From positions 1 through 64,000 of IMG/VR virus record IMGVR_UViG_3300025121_000014: 64,000 nucleotides of DNA, one strand, 5' to 3'. The notes below the pieces were generated by a model. The model ran no database searches. It was not told the origin of the DNA and was given only the letters and a program-made list of their open reading frames with translations. This stretch comes from a virus (taxonomy: Duplodnaviria > Caudoviricetes). A program made the translations under genes and the position numbers. Positions 10,917 through 19,937 of this stretch are shown piece by piece (position 1 is the stretch's first letter; each line of letters opens with the position of its first letter).

Positions 10917-10952
10917 AAAAATAAACCATCTAATTTAGATGGTTTATTTTTT
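10917..10952. terminator. Bidirectional terminator
   Basis: ATAAACCATCTAA-T-TTAGATGGTTTAT hairpin flanked by A- and T-runs between convergent units. Confidence 0.7.
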
Positions 10953-10983
10953 AATATTTTTATCAAATTATTGAACAATATTT

Positions 10984-11253
10984 TTAGGAATAAGTAATAG
11001 ATGTTACAATTCGTCTATATCCAAATTCAGTTTTCCATGTATTACCAGACAAATTAGCATCATATTCATAATATTGGTAAGCTATCCCACCATCATTTGA
11101 AAAACGTTGATCTTCTAAAACGTAGCTAGTTGTTCCTGTTGGTAAACCATTATCTATTAAATATTGTGCTACTGATGTATCATCTCCTGCAATATAAACA
11201 TCTTTTACATTATAATGTAGTACGTTATTGGTTGGGTAAGTAATTGTTGGCAT
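10984..11253 (-). CDS. Hypothetical protein (late-promoter-driven)
   Basis: 89-aa ORF; two minus-strand TTTAATATATA motifs upstream. Confidence 0.55.
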   Translation of the reverse strand: MPTITYPTNNVLHYNVKDVYIAGDDTSVAQYLIDNGLPTGTTSYVLEDQRFSNDGGIAYQYYEYDANLSGNTWKTEFGYRRIVTSITYS

Positions 11254-11319
11254 ATTTTTATAATTCTTTTTTTCTTTATATATTAAATTTATATATTAAA
11301 ATTTAAATATCTAAAATAA

Positions 11320-11366
11320 CTATTAACTAAATATATTAATTTTTTGCTAATATATTTAGTTAATAG
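11320..11366. repeat. Perfect 19-bp inverted repeat with 9-nt loop
   Basis: CTATTAACTAAATATATTA / TAATATATTTAGTTAATAG. Confidence 0.8.
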
Positions 11367-11426
11367 AAGTAATATGATTTCCAAACCACTTTTAAACTAT
11401 AAAATTTAAGGATTTTCTTTAAAAAA

Positions 11427-12470
11427 TTATAAATCTTTACAAATAGTTTTAATAATTTTTCTAGTTACTCTATAAGGGTCAATATTAGCTGCAGGTCTTC
11501 TATCTTCAAAATACCCTTTTTTATTTAAATGAACTTGCCAAGGAATTCTAATACTTGCTCCTCTATCAGATACACCATATTTAAACTCATTTATAGAACA
11601 AGTTTCATGTTCACCAGTCAATCTATATTCATTATCTTCTCCATAAAATAAAATATGATTATCATGTCTTTCTTCTAATTTTTGAATACCTTTTATTATA
11701 GCATCATAATTATTTCTCATTTCTTCTGTTGAAAAATTAACATGTGCTCCTGCACCATTCCAATCACCTCTTACTGGTTTAGGATCTAATGTAGCACTAA
11801 CATTATATTTAGCTGCAACTCTATATAACATATATCTACCAATCCATAAATCATCTGATACTGTTAAAGGATCTCCTGTACCAATTTGAAATTCCCATTG
11901 ACCAGGCATTACTTCGGCATTAATTCCTTCAAATAATAAATTCATTTCTAAACATACATCCATATGTTCTTCAACTATTTCTCTACCAAATACTTCATCC
12001 GCACCTACTCCACAATAATATTTTCCTTGTGGTGCTGGATATCCACCTTCTGGAAATCCTAATGGTCTTAATCCAACCATAAAAGTGTATTCTTGTTCTA
12101 TACCAAATAAAGGTTTAAAATCTTTATATTGTTTATAAGCTTCTCTTAATTTAAATCTTTTATTTGTTTCGTGTGGTGTTCCATCAACATTATAAACTTC
12201 ACATAAAACAATATACCCATTTTTTCTTAAAGGATCGTTATAAAGTTTTACTGGTTTTAAAACACAATCTGAATTATCACCTGTTGCTTGATTAGTAGAC
12301 GAACCATCAAATCCCCACATAGGAACTTTAATTTCGTTCTGATTTTCTAATGAAAGAGGAAGAATTTCTTTTGGTAATTCTAAATTTTGTACAATTTTTG
12401 TTTTACTTCTTAATTTTGCAGTTGGTATTTGACCATCTAACCAAACGTATTCTAATGTAGTTTTATTCAT
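11427..12470 (-). CDS. glnII: Glutamine synthetase type II
   Basis: EYVWLDG, LRSKTK, FDGSST, GIEQEY, GINAEVMPGQWEFQIG, WNGAGAHVNFS, RLTG.HET, DRGASIRIP, YFEDRRPAANIDPY. Confidence 0.95.
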   Translation of the reverse strand: MNKTTLEYVWLDGQIPTAKLRSKTKIVQNLELPKEILPLSLENQNEIKVPMWGFDGSSTNQATGDNSDCVLKPVKLYNDPLRKNGYIVLCEVYNVDGTPHETNKRFKLREAYKQYKDFKPLFGIEQEYTFMVGLRPLGFPEGGYPAPQGKYYCGVGADEVFGREIVEEHMDVCLEMNLLFEGINAEVMPGQWEFQIGTGDPLTVSDDLWIGRYMLYRVAAKYNVSATLDPKPVRGDWNGAGAHVNFSTEEMRNNYDAIIKGIQKLEERHDNHILFYGEDNEYRLTGEHETCSINEFKYGVSDRGASIRIPWQVHLNKKGYFEDRRPAANIDPYRVTRKIIKTICKDL

Positions 12471-12548
12471 GCATAAAAATTATTTTTTATCTTATAGTAC
12501 TAAAAATAAAAAATGTTTTTAAACATAAAAAAAACTTAGTTTAAATAA

Positions 12549-12758
12549 CTAAGTTTGTTTTGGTTTATTTTTACTGCCTTTTGGGCGACCTTTCTTTTTT
12601 TCATATGGATTAGTCATTACTAAATCCTGTAAATGAATGCATTCATAACAATGTAATGAACTATATCCAACTCTTTGACACCAAGCTACTTCATCGGGTT
12701 GCTTAGATTGTAAACAACTCTCACATACTGGTAATTCTTTAACTGTTTTCTTTGCCAT
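12549..12758 (-). CDS. Small Zn-binding protein with AT-hook
   Basis: CESC...HCYEC and KKGRPKGSKNK. Confidence 0.5.
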   Translation of the reverse strand: MAKKTVKELPVCESCLQSKQPDEVAWCQRVGYSSLHCYECIHLQDLVMTNPYEKKKGRPKGSKNKPKQT

Positions 12759-12810
12759 TTTTTATTCTTTTAATATTTTTATATTCATAAAATGATTTGT
12801 TTAATTAATA

Positions 12811-13290
12811 TTATTCTAATTCATCATCATCTAATTCTTCTCCATCTATACTAACTTTAACATTATGTGCATGAAATCTATTAGGTATATTAAATCTATT
12901 AGGTATAGTATCTATATTAAAAAATTTTTTTAATAACCATCTTTTAAATAAAACAATAATTGGTAAAATTATTTCAAATATTGTTAAATAAAAAATACTA
13001 AGAATAAAACTACTACTAAATAATATTATCCAATCATTAGTTCTTTCTATTATCGCATTATTTCCTGTTAATAATATAATAATGGTTAATGCAAATGTCA
13101 CCATTATATAAAGTGATACTAATTTTATAACTGGATATACAATAAAGATAAATATTTTATCTTCTTCTCCTTTTTTTAAAGATTTATATATTTCACCCAA
13201 TATGCATTTTTCGGGTATATCATTAAAATATTTTGATAAATATTTTCCACCTTTTAATAATATCTTCAAAATTTTTTTTAAAATTTTCAT
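12811..13290 (-). CDS. Hypothetical membrane protein
   Basis: Two long hydrophobic segments. Confidence 0.5.
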   Translation of the reverse strand: MKILKKILKILLKGGKYLSKYFNDIPEKCILGEIYKSLKKGEEDKIFIFIVYPVIKLVSLYIMVTFALTIIILLTGNNAIIERTNDWIILFSSSFILSIFYLTIFEIILPIIVLFKRWLLKKFFNIDTIPNRFNIPNRFHAHNVKVSIDGEELDDDELE

Positions 13291-13305
13291 TATTATACGT
13301 TTTAA

Positions 13306-13692
13306 TTATAAAATCCAATAATCCCCATTGAAATTACACGTTACTTTTGATTTATCATTTTTAAATATGTCACATTCATTACCCCACTCTAATAATCCTT
13401 TATATAATCTACTTAACCATTCTTTTCTTAAAGTATCATTAGCAAAATTTTTTATAATTGAACTAGATTTATAATTACTTTTAGTAGGAAGTCTTAAAGA
13501 TATAGGAGTTATTGCTAATGTTTTTCTAGAATAAATATAAAAATTTGTAACTTTTGATTTAAAATATAAAAATCTTCCATTAGGAATAGATTGAAATCTA
13601 TTATCTAGATATACTAATGTAAGTCTTAAATTCGTATCTCCAAATAGTTCTATCTTTAATACTATTTTATTTAAATTTTTTGTATGCTCCAT
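13306..13692 (-). CDS. Hypothetical protein
   Basis: 128-aa ORF directly downstream of a host-type promoter. Confidence 0.55.
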   Translation of the reverse strand: MEHTKNLNKIVLKIELFGDTNLRLTLVYLDNRFQSIPNGRFLYFKSKVTNFYIYSRKTLAITPISLRLPTKSNYKSSSIIKNFANDTLRKEWLSRLYKGLLEWGNECDIFKNDKSKVTCNFNGDYWIL

Positions 13693-13708
13693 TTTTATAT
13701 AATTTGTA

Positions 13709-13740
13709 CAAATATAAGCAAAATTAAATATTATACCAAA
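13709..13740 (-). promoter_or_regulatory. Bacteroidota-type housekeeping promoter
   Basis: Minus strand reads TTTG-N20-TATATTTG, matching the TTTG/TAnnTTTG consensus. Confidence 0.7.
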
Positions 13741-14088
13741 TTATTGTACAATTTTTTCATTTATGTGTATCCAAATATTAGGTTGGTATTTTAATAATTT
13801 ACGATTAACTTTTTCAATTCCAAATAATAATTTAACAACATCGTAATGTTCATTCTTTAAAGCTAGTCTTATAGCTTTATTACTATCATCTGATGCATCT
13901 ACTCTTTTATCTTTTAATAATTCTTTTATAATATCTAATTGATTATCTCTACTAGATACTATTATAGCATAATTATTTTGTTCTGATGGATCAACTAAAT
14001 TACTTTCTAATAGATATTTTATAGATGCTACATTTCCACTTAAACAATTATTTAAAAATCTTTTATATAAAGTAATTGGCGCTGCCAT
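13741..14088 (-). CDS. Ankyrin-repeat protein
   Basis: DPSEQNNYAI...IIKELLKDKRVD repeats. Confidence 0.8.
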   Translation of the reverse strand: MAAPITLYKRFLNNCLSGNVASIKYLLESNLVDPSEQNNYAIIVSSRDNQLDIIKELLKDKRVDASDDSNKAIRLALKNEHYDVVKLLFGIEKVNRKLLKYQPNIWIHINEKIVQ

Positions 14089-14131
14089 TTATTGATGATA
14101 ATTTTAGATATATATAAAATATGATGAGGTA

Positions 14132-14596
14132 TTATTTTTTATAGATTTTTAAAATCTTTTTTTTTCTAAAAGTAGTATTTATTTTATCATATAAATTTAA
14201 ATTATATTTCTTTAAATTATTTTTTAATATATCTATTTCAAATAAAAAATCAACAATATCATAATGTTTATTTGTATAAGCAAATTCAATAGATTCATAA
14301 TTATTATCTAAATCTAATCTTTTATCGGATAAAAGTATTTTAAGAATTTTAATATAACCATTACCTGCTGCTTGACTAAAAGCATAATTATTATAATCAG
14401 ATGGATTGACTTCTGGAAAATTTAAAATAAATTTTACTAAATCTAAATTACCATGTTCACAAGCTAAACCAATAGGATAATTTTGTTTTATATTTACTAA
14501 AGAATTATTTTTGTTAATTAAATCTTTTATTTCGTTAACTTGATTTTTATCAAATAAACTAATAAAATCTATAATATGGTTTTCTTCAAATAGCAT
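14132..14596 (-). CDS. Ankyrin-repeat protein with C-terminal RxxK tag
   Basis: LACEHGNLDLVKFIL, QAAGNGYIKILKILL; ends FRKKKILKI. Confidence 0.8.
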   Translation of the reverse strand: MLFEENHIIDFISLFDKNQVNEIKDLINKNNSLVNIKQNYPIGLACEHGNLDLVKFILNFPEVNPSDYNNYAFSQAAGNGYIKILKILLSDKRLDLDNNYESIEFAYTNKHYDIVDFLFEIDILKNNLKKYNLNLYDKINTTFRKKKILKIYKK

Positions 14597-14613
14597 GTAT
14601 TAAAAATTAAAAA

Positions 14614-15711
14614 TTATTTAAAATCTCGCTTATCAACAGACCATCTAAAATCTTCATATTTGAAATGTTTTTCATATGCTGCCATAATACCTTCAAATGT
14701 TATATCGTTTAATATAGGTTCTATATTCCACTTTTCTGGTGATATTAAATGACCTATTTTACTATATCTATTTATTTCATTTTTTCTAAATAACACAGTA
14801 TAAAAATCTTTCATTATATTAAATCTTTCTTCTGTTAAGTATACACTAGGATTTGTTAATATTTCTTTATAAACATTTAATACTTCATCAACATTTTCAT
14901 TATCTGTTACTAAACTTGTTGATAATAATCCTTGATTTGCGGATATAGAATTTATAAAAGTAGATACACCATAAGTCAATCCTCTTTTTTCTCGCAATTC
15001 ATTATAAAACGGTGATTTTAATGACCCACTTAATATAGCAATAATAAATTTTATATAACAAAAATCTTCTACAATTAATTTATATCCTATAATAGATGAT
15101 TTATCAAAATCTGCTCTTTTTTCTATTATTATTTTTGTATCTGAAGTTTTATAATTATTATTATTAAGTTTAGCAAAATCTGTATATCCACTGAATTCAG
15201 AATACTTAGATACATTAATTATTATACTTGGTTTTTTCATATAAATATTATAAAATTTTAACATATTAGTATATGTTAAATTATTTAATGATTCATATTT
15301 ACCAATTGGTCCATAATGACCCAAATAATATCTCATTACATTTGAATAATGTGCATCACCTTGATCTTGAAAATGATCAATATATTCTTGTAAAATTATA
15401 TTTTTCTCAGTATTAAATTGTTCTTCAGTTATATTAAATTGTAATAATGAATTTAATAACTTATCTTTATACATATTAATGTATTCATCTAATCCTGTCA
15501 TATGAAATACAACGTTATTATTTGACGTAAATGCATTCCAATTTATTCCAAATCTATCGAAGTCATCATAAAGATCTTCAAATTGTTTGCAAAGCAAATG
15601 TTCAATTATATGCGACACCCCAAACGACTTAGGTGTTTCATTAAGAACCGCACCATTAAATACTATGTAAAAACCTGAGAAATCATTTTGTGATTTTAAA
15701 TTATATATCAT
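14614..15711 (-). CDS. M16-family zinc peptidase (single half)
   Basis: GVSHIIEH inverted HxxEH, NAFTS, EKNIILQE, ELREKRGLTY. Confidence 0.88.
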   Translation of the reverse strand: MIYNLKSQNDFSGFYIVFNGAVLNETPKSFGVSHIIEHLLCKQFEDLYDDFDRFGINWNAFTSNNNVVFHMTGLDEYINMYKDKLLNSLLQFNITEEQFNTEKNIILQEYIDHFQDQGDAHYSNVMRYYLGHYGPIGKYESLNNLTYTNMLKFYNIYMKKPSIIINVSKYSEFSGYTDFAKLNNNNYKTSDTKIIIEKRADFDKSSIIGYKLIVEDFCYIKFIIAILSGSLKSPFYNELREKRGLTYGVSTFINSISANQGLLSTSLVTDNENVDEVLNVYKEILTNPSVYLTEERFNIMKDFYTVLFRKNEINRYSKIGHLISPEKWNIEPILNDITFEGIMAAYEKHFKYEDFRWSVDKRDFK

Positions 15712-15889
15712 ATTTTTTATCTTTTTTTGTTTAATTATATATTAAATAGATTATTTAATTTATTTATTTTTTTAGTCTATTTAATAATAAAAGTCTTTGT
15801 TTATTTCTTTCAATCATTTCATTCATTATTACTATTACTTCTGCATAATTAGTAGCATTAAATGTTTTCATCATATTTTCCATCATTTT

Positions 15890-16315
15890 TTAATCATTAT
15901 TATTTTGGTTCATCTTTTTTAAAATATTAGATATCTTTTTTGATCTTAATTCTAATTTTTCCATAAAGTTAAATTTCCAATCAAAATCTGTAATATTTAA
16001 ATTTATTTTATCATTATTGGTATAATTAAAATTTTTATAATTTAAAACTGGTTTAAAATCTATGAATTGTATAATTTTATTTAATTTAGATGAATCTAAA
16101 GTAGATTCAAAATTCGCAGTAAGTTCATAATTTTTTTCATTATATTTTATATCAGTAATAGTTATGAAAAAATTATTTTTTGGAAAATCTGAAATATAAT
16201 TATATCGTGTTCCAACTAATATACGTTCTATTTTAATTTCTATATTATATTCATTTTTTAATTCATCGATATTAATATTATAATATTCATTAAATTTTTG
16301 GATTAATGCTTTCAA
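15890..16315 (-). CDS. RxxK-tagged protein; degenerate prohead-protease-like fold
   Basis: ITITDIKYNEKNYELTANFEST...FKP aligns by eye with 17462-17917; ends LRSKKISNI. Confidence 0.4.
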   Translation of the reverse strand: MKALIQKFNEYYNINIDELKNEYNIEIKIERILVGTRYNYISDFPKNNFFITITDIKYNEKNYELTANFESTLDSSKLNKIIQFIDFKPVLNYKNFNYTNNDKINLNITDFDWKFNFMEKLELRSKKISNILKKMNQNNND

Positions 16316-16856
16316 TGCTATTCATTATTTTTTCTACTTTTAAATATCTTAATTTTAACAAAGGTAAATATTTACAACTGAAATTAAATTTAAATCCACT
16401 AAAATCTTCTATTTGTATACAATTATAATAAAACTTGTCTATATTAATTCCACCATATTTTTCAATAATATTATTAATAGATATGGACATTTGTTCTATA
16501 ATAGTATGTTCTATATGTTGTTGTAACGAAAAATATGCTATATTCATTTCTTGCAAATGTTCGTGTGATAAACTGATAGATGTTGTAATTTTTTGGCAAT
16601 TTATAGTATCATTTTTTATAAAATCTATAAAATTTACATTATCTAAATTATTCAATTTATTTAATGTTATTAAATTCATTGATAACATATTAAAATCATA
16701 TATAGTGTTATTTTGATTACTATGTTCATTAAGAAAATAATCTGACATTCTTTCACAATATTTTGCAATTTTTATATAATTTTTAGGATTTATATTAGTT
16801 AAATTACCAAATATAGGTATCCATTTTTGCAATAATCTACTATCACTACTATTCAT
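16290..16856 (-). CDS. RxxK-tagged protein; weak major-capsid-like segments
   Basis: LLQKWIPI...KYCE...LNE resembles a capsid propeptide; SLSHEHLQEM...EQMS..IN resembles a gp23 core segment; ends LRYLKVEKI. Confidence 0.35.
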   Translation of the reverse strand: MNSSDSRLLQKWIPIFGNLTNINPKNYIKIAKYCERMSDYFLNEHSNQNNTIYDFNMLSMNLITLNKLNNLDNVNFIDFIKNDTINCQKITTSISLSHEHLQEMNIAYFSLQQHIEHTIIEQMSISINNIIEKYGGINIDKFYYNCIQIEDFSGFKFNFSCKYLPLLKLRYLKVEKIMNSIESINPKI

Positions 16857-17094
16857 AATTTTTAATTATTTTATTTAATTTTAATTTTCTAAGTTTAACA
16901 TTTTCTTCTTTAATAATTTTTAAAGTGTATTTTTCCCAAAAAATTTCATTTTCATTTATAAAATTGGGTGTTACTTGTTTAATTATTTGTTTATCATTAG
17001 CAAATTTAAATATTATCATTACTTTTTCTCCACCGTCATATACACTACTAATAGATAATATTCCATGTTGTTCTAAAAAAATTTCACTTATCAT
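16849..17094 (-). CDS. RxxK-tagged hypothetical protein
   Basis: Ends LRKLKLNKI. Confidence 0.55.
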   Translation of the reverse strand: MISEIFLEQHGILSISSVYDGGEKVMIIFKFANDKQIIKQVTPNFINENEIFWEKYTLKIIKEENVKLRKLKLNKIIKNYE

Positions 17095-17095
17095 T

Positions 17096-17461
17096 TCACT
17101 TATTAATTATTTTATTTAATTTTAACAATCTTAAATATACAACATATTTATCCATATCTATATCTATATTACCAATTGGCAAATTAATAACTTTACGAAC
17201 GAATATATTAAATCTATTTGTTATAGTTATAGTTATCATGATAATACCTTGATCTATTATATCAGGTGGGTTATTAGTTTCATCACATTTAACCCAAAAA
17301 TCTTTTGAATAAATATTTTTATTTAAAATTCTTTTTGTTAAATCGTATTTTAATTTATTTCTAGTATCTTGTGTATTAAATTTATAATCATAATAATGAA
17401 ATAGTTCAAAATATGATGTATAAATAGCGGCATCAATTAATTTATCCGAATCGATTATCAT
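17096..17461 (-). CDS. RxxK-tagged miniature tail-sheath C-terminal domain
   Basis: FNTQDTR...DFWVKCDETNNPPDIID matches the gp18 C-terminal F.N...TR...V.CD.TNNTP.VID pattern; ends LRLLKLNKI. Confidence 0.7.
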   Translation of the reverse strand: MIIDSDKLIDAAIYTSYFELFHYYDYKFNTQDTRNKLKYDLTKRILNKNIYSKDFWVKCDETNNPPDIIDQGIIMITITITNRFNIFVRKVINLPIGNIDIDMDKYVVYLRLLKLNKIINK

Positions 17462-17917
17462 TTAATTTTTTATATTGTTTAATATATTTAATATTTTTTT
17501 TGATCTTAATTTTAATATATTAGTGTATTCTTTAAATGAATCTTCTTCAACTGGAATTGCATCAAACGTAATTAAATTTGTTAATATAGTATAACCATTT
17601 TCATCAACATTTCCAATTCCGCGTGGACGAAATACTATTGTATTTGTATTAAGTAAATCATTTAATATATTACCATTTGGTGTATTTAATATTTCTACTT
17701 CACCCATTAAATAATTATTTTTTAATTCTATATTTGTTATTAAATGGGATACCCTAGATAAAGATATATCCATTTCACCCATACCTAATTCACCATATAA
17801 TCTTCCATTATCTATTTTTTCTTTTAATTTATTAAAATCAATTGATTCTTTTGTATAAATCCTATTATTTAAATTTTTAAATCCAAATGGTATTAAATTA
17901 ACTTTTATCTTTTTCAT
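17462..17917 (-). CDS. RxxK-tagged prohead protease (gp21-like) paralog, predicted inactive
   Basis: NNRIY, LYGELG, VSHLIT, GEVEILNTPNG, RG.G and FDA present; GELxHP His and SSRG Ser replaced (GELGMG, FRPRG). Confidence 0.8.
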   Translation of the reverse strand: MKKIKVNLIPFGFKNLNNRIYTKESIDFNKLKEKIDNGRLYGELGMGEMDISLSRVSHLITNIELKNNYLMGEVEILNTPNGNILNDLLNTNTIVFRPRGIGNVDENGYTILTNLITFDAIPVEEDSFKEYTNILKLRSKKILNILNNIKN

Positions 17918-18266
17918 ATTTTATAATTTCCTTTTTTATTTTATCACATTCAATATAATCTTCTATTTCTAATGCTTTTACAAAATTTACATATAAAAGA
18001 AACAATTCTTTATTACCTAAAACTTCTATCAAATCTATTTGTATTTGCATAATATTAATAAGATTATCATGATTATTTATAAATAAATCAATTATTTCTG
18101 TTTGTAAATTAATTAAATATTCTAATTTATCTATATCTTTATTTAAAATATCAGACGATTTTGTAATATTTTTACTCTGTAATTCTTTTAATGTATTAGA
18201 ACTATCATCAAATTCACTCATTAATTCAAGAAATTCTTTTATTATGTTAATATTTTCTTCATCCAT
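17898..18266 (-). CDS. Coiled-coil protein with UVR-like C-terminus
   Basis: ALEIEDYIECDKIKKEI. Confidence 0.45.
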   Translation of the reverse strand: MDEENINIIKEFLELMSEFDDSSNTLKELQSKNITKSSDILNKDIDKLEYLINLQTEIIDLFINNHDNLINIMQIQIDLIEVLGNKELFLLYVNFVKALEIEDYIECDKIKKEIIKYEKDKS

Positions 18267-18291
18267 TTCTTATTTAATTATTTTTAATATT

Positions 18292-18307
18292 TGTTCCACG
18301 TGGAACA
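18292..18307. promoter_or_regulatory. parS-type palindrome
   Basis: Perfect intergenic TGTTCCACGTGGAACA; identical core at 55600-55615. Confidence 0.85.
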
Positions 18308-18313
18308 TTATAT

Positions 18314-18556
18314 TTATATTTTTGTAATTAATCTATTTAGTTTATATCTTCGTAATTGTTTAGTATCTAAAAAATATTTTTTCCATCCACCCCTTACAGC
18401 ATGAATTTTTTTATTTTCATCTATTAAACAATAACCATCTAAATCAACATCAACTATTCTATAATATTTTCCTTTTATAAAATCTATTTTTTCAGAATCA
18501 GAATCATAAGGTTCTTTCATATATAATGTATATTTACAATATAAATATTTTAACAT
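18314..18556 (-). CDS. RxxK-tagged small protein (paralog of 18550-18786)
   Basis: FIKGKYY...WKKYFLDTKQLRRYKLNRL. Confidence 0.6.
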   Translation of the reverse strand: MLKYLYCKYTLYMKEPYDSDSEKIDFIKGKYYRIVDVDLDGYCLIDENKKIHAVRGGWKKYFLDTKQLRRYKLNRLITKI

Positions 18557-18786
18557 TTCATTAATTTTTTAATTTTTAATCTTCTTAATTGTATAGTATC
18601 TAAAAAATATTGCTTCCAAGAATATGGTCCATTAGATAATTTTTCTTTATTATTTAATTCATTTGTGACTATAACACTATTTTTTGAATTATTCATATTA
18701 TAATCTTGTTTATAATATTTACCTTTTATGAAACGTATTTCATTTTTAAATCCTAAATTTTTAGTACAATACAAATAATTATTCAT
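18550..18786 (-). CDS. RxxK-tagged small protein
   Basis: FIKGKYY...WKQYFLDTIQLRRLKIKKL. Confidence 0.6.
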   Translation of the reverse strand: MNNYLYCTKNLGFKNEIRFIKGKYYKQDYNMNNSKNSVIVTNELNNKEKLSNGPYSWKQYFLDTIQLRRLKIKKLMKC

Positions 18787-19420
18787 TTTTAATTAATTTT
18801 AATATTTTATCTCGTCTATCGTGTCTTTCCCATATTATTCTTTTATCTAATATATCAACACTAATTATATTTTCATGGTCATCTATATCTTTTAAAATTA
18901 TATTTTTTAAATATGGAAATTTAACACTTTTCCACCAATTATTTAGTTGTTCTTTTTTACAATCTGGTTTAACATAAATTTTACCTGAATCATTATATCC
19001 ACTAATTATACTTGGCATTCCTTTAAAATATATCTTTTTATACTTTAATTTAGAAAAATTTGTTAATTTTAATTTATCCATTAATTCGTCTAATTCATAT
19101 ATAATACTTCGTGCTTTATTAAAAGCATAATCTAAATCTTTTGCATAACATTCATAAATGATAGTTTTATTTAAATTAATTGTAATATTACTAAATCCTT
19201 TTACAAATGAATTTTTAATAATATTACCTTGTTTAATATCTATATCCCAGCATCTTTTATTAATATTTTTTTCGGTATAAGGAACATATTTTTCTTCTTT
19301 ACTAAAAAGATTATTATCCATTTTTATCCATAATGTACCATTATCATGTTCTTTATCTGGAATATCTACAACAGTATATATTGCACCTCTAATCAAGATA
19401 TCATTTACAATATTTTTCAT
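18779..19420 (-). CDS. RxxK-tagged hypothetical protein
   Basis: Ends DRRDKILKL. Confidence 0.6.
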   Translation of the reverse strand: MKNIVNDILIRGAIYTVVDIPDKEHDNGTLWIKMDNNLFSKEEKYVPYTEKNINKRCWDIDIKQGNIIKNSFVKGFSNITINLNKTIIYECYAKDLDYAFNKARSIIYELDELMDKLKLTNFSKLKYKKIYFKGMPSIISGYNDSGKIYVKPDCKKEQLNNWWKSVKFPYLKNIILKDIDDHENIISVDILDKRIIWERHDRRDKILKLIKNE

Positions 19421-19523
19421 TTATTATATTATTCATTATTTTTTTAATCTTTTCCCTTCTGATATAATCATTATAACGAATAGATTTTCCTGTTTTCTTA
19501 CTAGTTATCCAATTTTCGTCCAT
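19401..19523 (-). CDS. 40-aa RxxK-tagged micro-protein (not in ORF track)
   Basis: MDENWITSKKTGKSIRYNDYIRREKIKKIMNNIINEKYCK; overlaps both neighbours in operon fashion. Confidence 0.5.
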   Translation of the reverse strand: MDENWITSKKTGKSIRYNDYIRREKIKKIMNNIINEKYCK

Positions 19524-19740
19524 TTATATAATTCATTATTTTTTTTATCTTTCTTTTTCTTAAATTGTGTATTTCATATTCACTATAACTTATATTATGT
19601 GATATACGTTCAGCAATATATTCTGAATAACTTATACCATGTGATATACGTTCAGCAAGATGTTCTGAATAACTTATATTTATATTATGTGATATATGTT
19701 CAGCAAGATATTCTGAACAACTTGTATTTATATTAATCAT
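19501..19740 (-). CDS. RxxK-tagged protein made of SYSEY[LI]AE repeats (scaffold-like)
   Basis: Four ISYSE(Y/H)(L/I)AE(R/H)ISH-type units, also visible as DNA repeats; ends LRKRKIKKI. Confidence 0.55.
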   Translation of the reverse strand: MININTSCSEYLAEHISHNINISYSEHLAERISHGISYSEYIAERISHNISYSEYEIHNLRKRKIKKIMNYINGRKLDN

Positions 19741-19937
19741 AATGTATTTATTATTTTTTCTAATTTTTGTTTTCTTTTTTTTAATATATCTTTATCAATT
19801 AACCATTCAGTATATCTTATTATATCTTCTTTTGTTACCCCACCAGGTAAATCAACTAATTTAACCATAGTTATAGCTAAATCATAATATCCGTCTTCTA
19901 TTATTGTTTCTATTGATTTACTCATAATCCATTTCAA
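19737..19937 (-). CDS. RxxK-tagged small protein
   Basis: Ends KRKQKLEKI. Confidence 0.55.
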   Translation of the reverse strand: MKWIMSKSIETIIEDGYYDLAITMVKLVDLPGGVTKEDIIRYTEWLIDKDILKKRKQKLEKIINTL

